From NCBI GenBank assembly GCA_002328805.1, contig DCVX01000014.1, forward strand, positions 1 to 38,451: 38,451 nucleotides of DNA. The letters are read 5' to 3'. The notes under the pieces are model-generated. The model had not been told where the DNA came from and searched no databases. It saw only the letters and a program-made list of their open reading frames with translations. The stretch's first letter is position 1, and each line of letters opens with the position of its first letter. This DNA comes from Candidatus Dojkabacteria bacterium UBA2177. Its GTDB lineage: Bacteria > Patescibacteriota > Dojkabacteria > SC72. Made by a program: the position numbers and the translations under genes. Positions 1 through 8,254 of this stretch are shown in pieces.

Positions 1-767
1 TCATCTATTATTAGTAAATCTACTGCTCTATATTTATTTCTAAAGTCCTCATTCCTCTTTGTTCTGATAGCTTCAACCATTTCATTAAGGAATTGTTCTA
101 TGGATATGTATATTACTTTTTTATTTGGATCTCTTTTTAGTATTTCGTTTCCGATCGCTTGCATAAGGTGAGTCTTCCCTACTCCTGTTTCTCCGTAATA
201 GAAAACAGGGTTGTAGGCTTTTCCTAAGTCTTCTAAAACAGCTTGTGCTACAGCCTCTGCTAGTCTGTTATTTGAACCCACAACGAAATTACTGAAAAGA
301 TATTTAGGATTAAGGTGAGATTCCTCTAATGCCATCTTGTAAGCAGCTTCTTCTTTTTCTCTTGCTGAGAAGAGATCTAGAACCTCTTCATTTTCTTCTC
401 CCAAGGGATTATGGTATTCATACTTTGGCTTACTTGAAGAGCGGGTACTCTCTCTTAGATTTACTTCGATTTCAAAATTTCTTTGACAAGTTTTAAGGAA
501 TGCTTTTTGTAGAGCGTATTTATAATCTTTAAGGATCTTTTCTCTTTTATATGCCGCATCACAAGATATTTGCACTACACCATTATTAATATCCTCAATA
601 TAGGCATTACCAAAAAGACCTCCAAACTCTCTCTGTCCAATTGCTTGCTTTAAGTGTTCTCTCGCTTCTCTCCAAACTTCTTCTGGGTCAAAGTGATCAT
701 CTCCATTGATTGTATTCGAAGTAGTCTCTATTTGCTGTAGGTGATTTTCAAAATCTGCTTTTTTCAT
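1..767 (-). CDS. dnaA: Chromosomal replication initiator DnaA, 5' part (runs off the window start)
   Basis: Not in the ORF track. Manual translation from the ATG at 767 gives MKKADFENH...LNPKYLFSNFVVGSNNRLA...YNPVFYYGETGVGKTHLMQAIGN (Walker A)...VDLLIID (Walker B). Divergent from rpmH, the canonical arrangement. Confidence 0.97.
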   Translation of the reverse strand, partial: MKKADFENHLQQIETTSNTINGDDHFDPEEVWREAREHLKQAIGQREFGGLFGNAYIEDINNGVVQISCDAAYKREKILKDYKYALQKAFLKTCQRNFEIEVNLRESTRSSSKPKYEYHNPLGEENEEVLDLFSAREKEEAAYKMALEESHLNPKYLFSNFVVGSNNRLAEAVAQAVLEDLGKAYNPVFYYGETGVGKTHLMQAIGNEILKRDPNKKVIYISIEQFLNEMVEAIRTKRNEDFRNKYRAVDLLIID

Positions 768-865
768 ATAGTTAACGATAACTAAATAGGCAACTTAAAT
801 AATTCAAATGGGGGCAGTCAATGGCCGATTGGGACTTTTATTCATTATAATGATTTGTAAGGAAA

Positions 866-884
866 TGTGGATATGTTTTCCACA
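866..884. promoter_or_regulatory. Inverted pair of DnaA boxes
   Basis: TGTGGATAT (866-874, reverse complement ATATCCACA) and TTTTCCACA (876-884), each one mismatch from TTATCCACA, in the dnaA-rpmH spacer. Confidence 0.75.
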
Positions 885-976
885 GTGTCAAATTAACCCT
901 TACAAAGATTGCGTTTTTAATATATGAAAAACACTCCAATAATTTTGGATATAAAATTTTCTATAAGGGAAAACAC

Positions 977-1005
977 TTGGCAAGAAGGGATTCCATCTGT
1001 ATAAT
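977..1005 (+). promoter_or_regulatory. Sigma70 promoter for the rpmH operon
   Basis: TTGGCA (977-982), 17-bp spacer, TATAAT (1000-1005); ATG 8 nt downstream. Confidence 0.75.
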
Positions 1006-1013
1006 ACCCCTGT

Positions 1014-1196
1014 ATGAAGAGAACATATCAACCAAAAAATAAAAAGAGACTTAAGAAATTTGGATTCAGAGCAAGATCTAAGACTCCTGGAGGAAGAAGA
1101 GTTCTAAAGAGAAGGAAAGCAAAGGGACGAAAAAATCTTTCTGTAAGTGAGGAGTACAAGTTATTGAGAAAAAAGCAGGGAAAGGGTATAAGATAG
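1014..1196 (+). CDS. rpmH: 50S ribosomal protein bL34 with C-terminal extension
   Basis: MKRTYQP...[20 protein letters not shown] signature; position next to dnaA. Confidence 0.97.
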   Translation: MKRTYQPKNKKRLKKFGFRARSKTPGGRRVLKRRKAKGRKNLSVSEEYKLLRKKQGKGIR

Positions 1197-1205
1197 TATA
1201 TTATT

Positions 1206-1541
1206 ATGCTTCCTAAAAAATTTCGTTTACCACCAGAAAATTTCGAAAAAGTTTACCGTCAAGGCAAGAAAGCTAGAGGAAGGTATGGAATGTTTGTTTT
1301 TGTTAAAACAGATGTGGGGAACCCTAGATTTGGATTTGTTCTAAGTAAGAAGATAGGTGGAGCGGTTGCTAGGAATAGGATGACAAGATTGTTGAGGGTT
1401 GTAGTTATGGAGATTGTTAATGAAAAGAATCTTAGTGAATTAAGTATGGATTTTCAGTATATAGCTTTTAGCTATTGTGATAAAAAGAATCTACTTAAGA
1501 GAGAGGTGGAAGGACAGTTTGAAGAGATTCTTTCTAAATAA
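1206..1541 (+). CDS. rnpA: RNase P protein component
   Basis: RFGFVLSKKIGGAVARNR (RNR motif); synteny. Confidence 0.96.
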   Translation: MLPKKFRLPPENFEKVYRQGKKARGRYGMFVFVKTDVGNPRFGFVLSKKIGGAVARNRMTRLLRVVVMEIVNEKNLSELSMDFQYIAFSYCDKKNLLKREVEGQFEEILSK

Positions 1542-1570
1542 AAGATTTACTATTTATTATCGGTAATAAT

Positions 1571-1813
1571 ATGCTTAAGAAGTTAGTTCTTTTAATAATA
1601 AAGGGATATCAGAAGACTTTTTCTTTTGATCATGGTCTGATGGGAGAGCTTTTGCCTAATACTAGATTTTGTAAATTTACCCCTACTTGTTCAGAGTATG
1701 GATATGGTGCAATTGATAAGCATGGGGTTTTCAAAGGGGGTTGGCTTTTTCTTAAAAGGTTTGTTAGATGTAACCCTTGGACAGAGCCTGGAACCTATGA
1801 TCCTGTTCCTTAG
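1571..1813 (+). CDS. yidD: Membrane protein insertion efficiency factor YidD
   Basis: CKFTPTCSEY...RCNPW...YDPVP; synteny. Confidence 0.95.
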   Translation: MLKKLVLLIIKGYQKTFSFDHGLMGELLPNTRFCKFTPTCSEYGYGAIDKHGVFKGGWLFLKRFVRCNPWTEPGTYDPVP

Positions 1814-1860
1814 CTCGGATTTATGATATATTCGCTAGCATTAGTTTAAAATTATTGAAA

Positions 1861-2724
1861 ATGTTTTCAACAATCTGGAACAATATAATATACTACCCGA
1901 TACTTAATCTTCTAATTGTTTTCTACGATCTACTCTTTAACAATCTTGGTTTAGCAATTATAGCAATTGCTATTTTAATAAGGTTGGTTCTAATTCCTTT
2001 AATGAAGAAGCAGACAGAGATGACAAAGAAGATGTCCTCTTTGAAGCCTCAGATGGATGCGTTGCAGAAGAAATATAAGAATAATCCAGAGAAATTATCT
2101 CAAGAGCAGATAAAGCTTTATAAGAAGGTCGGATATAATCCTCTTGGTTGTCTTGTTACTTTTGTTCCCCAACTTATTATTCTTTCTGTCCTTATACAGG
2201 TTATTAGAAATGTTACGACTGGAGATTTAAATGGGATATATCCTTTTGTATCAAACTTACTAAATAACGGAGCTTCTTTAACTATAAATACGAACTTCAT
2301 TGTCTGGGATCTTACAAAGTCATTTAACGACCTTTCTTCAGAATTTGGGAATTTCTCTGTAGAAGCACTTCCCTATCTTGGGTTAAGTGTCCTAGTTGGG
2401 GTCTCTCAGTATTTTGCCTCTAAATTTACTCAGGTTATGCAGGAGGGGCTTTCTCAACCAGAGGAACCTAAGAAAGGGAAAGAGTTATCCCCAGAGGATA
2501 TGACTAAGAAGATGACAAAGTCTTTCTCCTTGATATTGCCGTTTACAACAATATTTATTGCGATTAGTGCTCCAGCAGCATTAAGTCTGTATTGGGCAGT
2601 TCAGTCATTTCTGCTTGTTATTCAGTATATGTCTTTGGACTGGGATAAGACCGAGAAGGGAATACAGAACTTGTTTACGAAGTTGAGAAAAAATAAGGAG
2701 AAGAGTAAGAAATCTCCAAAGTAA
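1861..2724 (+). CDS. yidC: YidC/Oxa1 membrane insertase (short form)
   Basis: GLAII...IRLVLIPL, KPQM..LQKKYK, YNPLGCL, ALSLYW. ATG at 1861 preferred over TTG at 1855. Confidence 0.95.
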   Translation: MFSTIWNNIIYYPILNLLIVFYDLLFNNLGLAIIAIAILIRLVLIPLMKKQTEMTKKMSSLKPQMDALQKKYKNNPEKLSQEQIKLYKKVGYNPLGCLVTFVPQLIILSVLIQVIRNVTTGDLNGIYPFVSNLLNNGASLTINTNFIVWDLTKSFNDLSSEFGNFSVEALPYLGLSVLVGVSQYFASKFTQVMQEGLSQPEEPKKGKELSPEDMTKKMTKSFSLILPFTTIFIAISAPAALSLYWAVQSFLLVIQYMSLDWDKTEKGIQNLFTKLRKNKEKSKKSPK

Positions 2725-2757
2725 TTCAAGAAGTAATTAAATTGTTAGATTTGTCAT

Positions 2758-3240
2758 ATGAAAGACAAAGAATTAATAAAGTTAGTAGAAAAAGAGGTAG
2801 AAACACTATGCTCTTTATTAGAGGTTGACTGTGAGAGAATCATAAGCCTTGAAGAAGGAGATGAAGATGTTAAGTATATAAAGATCTCTTTCGATGGAGA
2901 GGATTTGGGTTATATGATAGGTAACCGTGGCAGACATCTGGATTCTATACAATATATTCTCCAACTTATGGTAGGAAAAATAACAGAACAGGATCCTAAT
3001 TATAGAGTTCTAGTAGATGTGGGTGGCTATAGGCAGGAAAGAAACAGCCATTTGGAAGAGATGGCTTTGCAGAAGGCAGATGATGTCAGAATTCTTGGAG
3101 AGGCTATAGACCTTCCTCCAATGAAGCCTGCAGACAGGAGGGCAGTACATATCGCACTATCTGAATACGATGACATTGTTACAGAGAGTGAGGGTGAAGG
3201 AAGAGATAGGCATATCGTAATTAAGCCTGCAAATAAGTAA
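2758..3240 (+). CDS. jag: Jag/EloR/KhpB RNA-binding protein (KH + R3H, no Jag_N domain)
   Basis: KH motif IGNRGRHLDSIQ, VDVGGYR, R3H motif RRAVH...ESEGEGRDR; follows yidC. Confidence 0.92.
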   Translation: MKDKELIKLVEKEVETLCSLLEVDCERIISLEEGDEDVKYIKISFDGEDLGYMIGNRGRHLDSIQYILQLMVGKITEQDPNYRVLVDVGGYRQERNSHLEEMALQKADDVRILGEAIDLPPMKPADRRAVHIALSEYDDIVTESEGEGRDRHIVIKPANK

Positions 3241-3262
3241 TTATTAGTGATAGAATTGTTAA

Positions 3263-4717
3263 ATGACAATTCTACCTAAGAACAAGTTTAAAAAGGAATC
3301 CCTCTTTATTGCTTTTGTATTTCTTCTTTTTCTTGTGTTCTCCCCTATTCTATTGAATGAATCTCCTCTTAAGACTCTTGTAATTTTTTTAAGTTTGATC
3401 CTTTGGCTTGGTTTATTTATTTACACAAAAAACATATTATTTTCTTCCCTTCTGTATATATTCCTTGTTCTACCATTCAACATAACTTTACAGCTACCTA
3501 CTGCTGTAGAAATTTTTAATACAGAAATTTTACTTGCAAAGCCTTTTGTTGAAGGAGTATATGTCAATTACCTCGTACCGACATTATCTATATTGGATCT
3601 TGGTATAGTGCTTGTTTTAGGGAGTTTTCTTGTAACTAAGGGGTTTTCTTTCTATAAACGCCTCTTTAAAAACCTTAAAAATGGACTACTTTTTCTTCTT
3701 GTGTTTTTATTTGTTCAGAACATCATTCTTCTTGATGCCAATTCTTTATTGTTTTCTCTTAGATTGTTTTCTTTAATTCTGCTTTTCCTCTCTTTTTTAG
3801 AAATAAAGAAAATAGAAGTATTAGACAAAACCATAAAGAAGAAGATTCTAAATGTAGGAAGTGGAATCCTCCTAACCAATGTTTTAATACAAGGTATTTT
3901 GGGAGTAATTCAATTTAAAAGAGGTTCCAGTCTGGGTATCAATTTCTTGGGAGAATCTGAAATTGTTAGTGGGATGATGGGTTCTAGTTTTGTTGAACTC
4001 TCTGGTCAGGTTTTTTTAAGAGCTTATGGGACATTTCCACATCCTAATGTTTTAAGTGGGTTTTTGCTTCTAGCAATATTTGTGGGAATGTATCTTTATA
4101 ACAGGGAGAAAATAATGGGGAGCTTGTTAATCATGTTTTCGTCTTTGTTTATGGTGTTTACTTTCTCTAGGATTAGTCTTCTGCTGGCAATGGTTGTTAT
4201 CTTTGTTTTTATTACAAAAGAAGTTCTTTTTAAAAAAGGGTGGTCTTTATTAAGTGTTTCTTTCTCTCCCCTACTAATGGAGAGGTTTCAGAACTTGTTT
4301 AATCGTGGGGATAGGAGTTGGTCAGAAAGGGTGGATTTAATCAAGGCTAGTTTTAGGGTTATTAAAGAAAATTTGTTGTTAGGTGTAGGAGGAGGTAATT
4401 TTGTAAGAGGTATGGAAGGTTTTGTTCCTAGGACTTCTAGGGGGATACTTTTAACACAGCCGGTTCATAATATTTTTCTATTATATCTTTCCGAATTTGG
4501 GATTTTAGGGTTTGTTTTAATATTTTATGTTTTGTTTTATGGAGTTATTAAAGATATTAAGAGGATTACGTTGTATGGGATACTTATTCTTTTTGTGATT
4601 ATTGTAATAGGGGTTTTTGACCATTATCTTGTTTCTCTACCACAAGGGATGGTTATTTTTTTCTCTTTGCTTTTGCTTTTGAATAATTCTTTACAAGGGA
4701 AAGAATGGGTGGGGTAG
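3263..4717 (+). CDS. O-antigen ligase / Wzy_C family polytopic membrane protein
   Basis: Many hydrophobic helices; RAYGTFPHPN, TFSR, LGVGGGNF and PVHNIFL motifs. Confidence 0.85.
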   Translation: MTILPKNKFKKESLFIAFVFLLFLVFSPILLNESPLKTLVIFLSLILWLGLFIYTKNILFSSLLYIFLVLPFNITLQLPTAVEIFNTEILLAKPFVEGVYVNYLVPTLSILDLGIVLVLGSFLVTKGFSFYKRLFKNLKNGLLFLLVFLFVQNIILLDANSLLFSLRLFSLILLFLSFLEIKKIEVLDKTIKKKILNVGSGILLTNVLIQGILGVIQFKRGSSLGINFLGESEIVSGMMGSSFVELSGQVFLRAYGTFPHPNVLSGFLLLAIFVGMYLYNREKIMGSLLIMFSSLFMVFTFSRISLLLAMVVIFVFITKEVLFKKGWSLLSVSFSPLLMERFQNLFNRGDRSWSERVDLIKASFRVIKENLLLGVGGGNFVRGMEGFVPRTSRGILLTQPVHNIFLLYLSEFGILGFVLIFYVLFYGVIKDIKRITLYGILILFVIIVIGVFDHYLVSLPQGMVIFFSLLLLLNNSLQGKEWVG

Positions 4718-4725
4718 CTCTAATA

Positions 4726-4815
4726 TGGCGGAGAGAGTGGGATTCGAACCCACGATATGATTTCTCATATGCACGCTCTCCAAGCGTGTCCTTTCGACCA
4801 CTCAGGCATCTCTCC
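4726..4815 (-). tRNA. tRNA-Ser(GGA), CCA encoded
   Basis: Acceptor stem GGAGAGA/TCTCTCC, anticodon arm CACGC-TTGGAGA-GCGTG, long variable arm, T arm GTGGG-TTCGAAT-CCCAC, GCCA end. Confidence 0.97.
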
Positions 4816-4971
4816 ACAAGGATTATTCTAACAAATAATGGCTTAATTAACTAGGGAGGTGATTGTATGGTCCGATAGTATATTAAATCTGATGTGGAAA
4901 AGGTATATAGTTGCTATCAACTTAGGAAAACTGAATAACCTCGACATATGATTGTTATAGGTTAGCGGGTA

Positions 4972-5045
4972 CGTACCTGGCCGGAATCGAACCGACAACC
5001 TACTGCTTAGAAGGCAGTTGCTCTATCCTATTGAGCTACAGGTAC
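4972..5045 (-). tRNA. tRNA-Arg(UCU), CCA not encoded
   Basis: Acceptor stem GTACCTG/CAGGTAC, D stem GCTC/GAGC, anticodon arm ACTGC-CTTCTAA-GCAGT, T loop TTCGATT. Confidence 0.97.
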
Positions 5046-5089
5046 TTAACAGCTGCAATTTTATCAGTAAATTGGTCTAAAATAAAGGA

Positions 5090-6976
5090 TTATTCTACCT
5101 CTCTAACCTCTATAATAATTCCTCCCTGTCTTTTGGGGAAAGACTTTAGCCACTCTGGGAACCACTCAGGTATAAAATCAACAAGGGCATCTTTATCAGA
5201 AAAAGATAATGATTGAATATATTCATTTCCTTCTTCCCAATTCTTCCCCTTTAGTTCTTCTATTATCCTCTCTTTATCCACCTTGGGTTTAACAGTACCC
5301 TTAGCAATTAATTTAATGGTTATTCCTTCTGCATTACTCTCTACAACGGATATCTCTTTCTCTATTTTTTCATCTAACTCTAAATCCCAATCTCCTTCTG
5401 TTTCAAAAAGATTCTCCTCTTTAGCCTTTTCTGTAAGAAGACCAGCTACCCCTTCGTCAAAACCATCATTTAAGAAATACGAAGCCTTACTCTCTGTTTT
5501 AATTGAAACATTAACAGTCTTTGCTTCTGCACCTATCGCAACTTCTGTATCTACACTGTCCGGGATAACTTTACTTGTTATAGAATCTTCAATAATTTTC
5601 CAATTACCAGTTAAATCTTTTAGCTCTTGCTCCCCCTCCTTTATCGCAAGCTTCTTCAGTTCTTCAACAGCTTTATCTACATCTGCCTTAGAAAGAACAG
5701 TATATTCTTCTTTTGAACCACCCGTGAGGGCAGAACTATTTAAACCAAAAACTTGGTTAGTTGAATATCCTTGGATAGCAAACATCTTCCCTGCAGCCAA
5801 GTTGTACTCCTCTCCCACTTCTATTGCTGTGATTGATTTCTCTACAGGTATATTACATTCAACAGAAGCAGCAGAGTCAATAGTATAGCTTAAACCTCCA
5901 GAAGTTAGAGAGGTTCCTGATGGAATTTCTAAACCTCCATCTTCTTCTCCAGGACATAGATATGTGATATTAACTACCCCAGTAGCCTTCTCTCCCTTAA
6001 ATGCTGTCCCCGTAGCTGTTACATTTGTAGATCTTGCCTTTTCTACAGTTTCTGTTTTAACAGGAATCTTAAATTCTTCAAAATCTATCTCTTTAATATT
6101 CTCATCTCCTTCAAAATTCTGCTCTATTTCAACCTCTTTTGCTTCCACATAGATTCTAACCTTTGCCACTACGCCTGTCCTGAAAAAGATAAAACCAACT
6201 AGGATTGCTAACGCAACTAAAGAGATAGCAATTATTGGGGCGAGTTTCTTTAATTTGTTAGGAATAGGGATTTTCTTAAAGAAAGCACCTATACTTGTAA
6301 AAATTGATTTTAAGGATTTAGAAAAATCCACATCCTTTTTAACCTCAGGTTTTTTCTCTCCCGTTATCGGATTTTTTGTTTTGTCTTCGAAATCTACTTT
6401 TGAGAGATCTACTTGTTCTTGAGCTACCGGATCTTCATCCAAACGAACAAATTTCATTTCCTCCTCTTGTCCTGCAGGGAGATCCTGATCTAAAGTAATG
6501 AGCAATTCATCTCCAGGCTTCTCTAGCATTCTGTTTTGTTTATTTTTCTCTATTGCATCATTAACCCTCTTTTGGAAATCTGTGGATTTGTCTTCTTTTG
6601 GAAGGTCTTCTGTCTTTGCTTCTTCTTTCTTTGCAACCTTCTTAGGTGGACTTAACCTCTTCATCCTGTTTTCCTCCTCTTTTTCCCATACCTCTTCGTC
6701 TGGGAATTGTGGAGTGTCTATTACAGACATATTTGCTAAGACTGCATTTCTCTGCCCTGTAGGGTTCTTAATAATCTGTGCAACGAGGAGTTTTTCATTT
6801 TCATCTGCTGTTTCGAGCAACACCCTCAGGTTTATTGGACTAATTAGGAGATCTGTTTCCTCTGCGAAAGTAAGAACGATTCTCTCATTTTGAGAATCTA
6901 AAATTGCACTTACAATATCTGTAAGTTCATCTTCTTTGGTAATTACGATTTTTGTTATTTTTTTGTCTTCATCCAT
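5090..6976 (-). CDS. Single-pass membrane protein with an extracellular baseplate-J/gp47-like region
   Basis: N-terminal alpha/beta domain, acidic linker, one TM (IIAISLVALAILVGFIFF), then KATGVVNITY...IPSGTSL...ITAIEVGEEYN...NSSALTGG, resembling the baseplate-J pattern A.G.V.f...IP.GT...v.A...G..gN...N.....GG. Confidence 0.7.
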   Translation of the reverse strand: MDEDKKITKIVITKEDELTDIVSAILDSQNERIVLTFAEETDLLISPINLRVLLETADENEKLLVAQIIKNPTGQRNAVLANMSVIDTPQFPDEEVWEKEEENRMKRLSPPKKVAKKEEAKTEDLPKEDKSTDFQKRVNDAIEKNKQNRMLEKPGDELLITLDQDLPAGQEEEMKFVRLDEDPVAQEQVDLSKVDFEDKTKNPITGEKKPEVKKDVDFSKSLKSIFTSIGAFFKKIPIPNKLKKLAPIIAISLVALAILVGFIFFRTGVVAKVRIYVEAKEVEIEQNFEGDENIKEIDFEEFKIPVKTETVEKARSTNVTATGTAFKGEKATGVVNITYLCPGEEDGGLEIPSGTSLTSGGLSYTIDSAASVECNIPVEKSITAIEVGEEYNLAAGKMFAIQGYSTNQVFGLNSSALTGGSKEEYTVLSKADVDKAVEELKKLAIKEGEQELKDLTGNWKIIEDSITSKVIPDSVDTEVAIGAEAKTVNVSIKTESKASYFLNDGFDEGVAGLLTEKAKEENLFETEGDWDLELDEKIEKEISVVESNAEGITIKLIAKGTVKPKVDKERIIEELKGKNWEEGNEYIQSLSFSDKDALVDFIPEWFPEWLKSFPKRQGGIIIEVREVE

Positions 6977-6983
6977 AAGGTTT

Positions 6984-8216
6984 TTAATTATTTTTAACTT
7001 CTGTATCGTAAATAAATTTCGCCAAAGATGCAGGTGTTATGTCAAATATATATCTTAAGTTTCCACTATTATCTTTAATATTTTCTAAATTCTCCGGTTT
7101 GAAGTAATCTATCTTTGGAACAACAGGGAAAGGAAGAAACTTTTTCCAAGGGAATTCCAACATAACTTCTTTAATCTCTGGTAGTAAGGCTCCTCCACCA
7201 CAAAGGTATATCTGTGTGGGAAATGAATCTATGTCGTCGCAGTAAGAGAATGCCGACTTGAGAGTTTTCATCCAGAGCTTTGCTACAGGATAAACAACCC
7301 TTTGAACATCTCTTGCTAATTCTTTATTTAGTTCTTTCTTTGAATATTTAATCTTTCTTTGTTCTGCAAATCTGTATTCTATATCTAAAACTCTAGAAAG
7401 TTCTTTTGTAAAGGTTCTTCCTCCAAAAGCAAACATCTTTGTTTCTACAACATTTCCCTTTTCCACTATTGCGATATCTGTTGTCCCTCCTCCTACATCT
7501 ATGAAGATAGCAGAGAAGTCTCTGTTAGTTGAGCCAGAATAAGCTCTTGCCACAGTAAAAGGTTGAGATACTATCCCTAGGGTTTCTAATTTAAGCTCAC
7601 TGGCAACTTTTTTTAGTGCCTCTGTGTATGTTTTTGGAGCAAAAGAGGCATAGAAATGTAATTTAACATCTCTTCCCTTGTAACCAATTAGAGAGTCAAC
7701 TGGCATTCCACCAATTTCTAAACCAGTTTTTGTAATGTGTAAGATTTCAATATCCTCATTAGTAAGTCCAATTCTCTGACTTAGGTCTTCTTTCCCACTG
7801 TCTTCTATCTTACTTTGTATTTGGTTTAAGATTTTTTTCTCTTCCTTTTCTGTAACTTCCTTGTCATAGTTTTCTTCCCTTTGGTAATTAACTACAATGG
7901 AGACGCCTTGAATATATTCTCCTGCAATCCCCATAATTACTTTTTTAGGTTGTTCATCTGTGGCTATCTTGTCATTGAGTTCAGAAACAGCAAGCCTGCA
8001 ATTTTCTAGGACGGTATCCAGGTTTTTAATAATCCCGCTTTTCATTGCATGTTGCTGTTGTTCTATCCTAGAAACCTTTTTAACAACAACGCCAAGGTTC
8101 TCTGTTGTGAAAAGGAGACTTTTTAATTGCTCTGTCCCTATGTCTAAAGCAATTATATTTTCTCCTTCAACGATATTTCCTTTAGAAGATGTTTTTAAGA
8201 AAGGCAGGTTGCGCAT
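6984..8216 (-). CDS. FtsA/PilM-like actin-fold ATPase
   Basis: ALDIGT (phosphate 1), MKSGIIKNLD, IDVGGGTTD (phosphate 2), GGRTFT, LCGGGALLP (adenosine). Confidence 0.85.
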   Translation of the reverse strand: MRNLPFLKTSSKGNIVEGENIIALDIGTEQLKSLLFTTENLGVVVKKVSRIEQQQHAMKSGIIKNLDTVLENCRLAVSELNDKIATDEQPKKVIMGIAGEYIQGVSIVVNYQREENYDKEVTEKEEKKILNQIQSKIEDSGKEDLSQRIGLTNEDIEILHITKTGLEIGGMPVDSLIGYKGRDVKLHFYASFAPKTYTEALKKVASELKLETLGIVSQPFTVARAYSGSTNRDFSAIFIDVGGGTTDIAIVEKGNVVETKMFAFGGRTFTKELSRVLDIEYRFAEQRKIKYSKKELNKELARDVQRVVYPVAKLWMKTLKSAFSYCDDIDSFPTQIYLCGGGALLPEIKEVMLEFPWKKFLPFPVVPKIDYFKPENLENIKDNSGNLRYIFDITPASLAKFIYDTEVKNN

Positions 8217-8222
8217 ATGGAA

Positions 8223-8231
8223 AGTATAGCA
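8223..8231 (-). promoter_or_regulatory. Extended -10 promoter for the FtsA-like/baseplate-J-like pair
   Basis: TGcTATACT on the minus strand, 6 nt before the ATG at 8216. Confidence 0.65.
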
Positions 8232-8254
8232 TATTTATACTAAATGTTTAGTAA

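Noticed and set aside
768..1013. Complete oriC
   Set aside because: Only two good DnaA boxes and no DnaA-trio run seen; the unwinding site may lie beyond dnaA, outside the window.
4726..6976. Prophage integrated at the tRNAs, suggested by the baseplate-J-like gene
   Set aside because: No integrase, no duplicated tRNA 3' end noticed and no other phage genes; the protein has a TM anchor and housekeeping neighbours.
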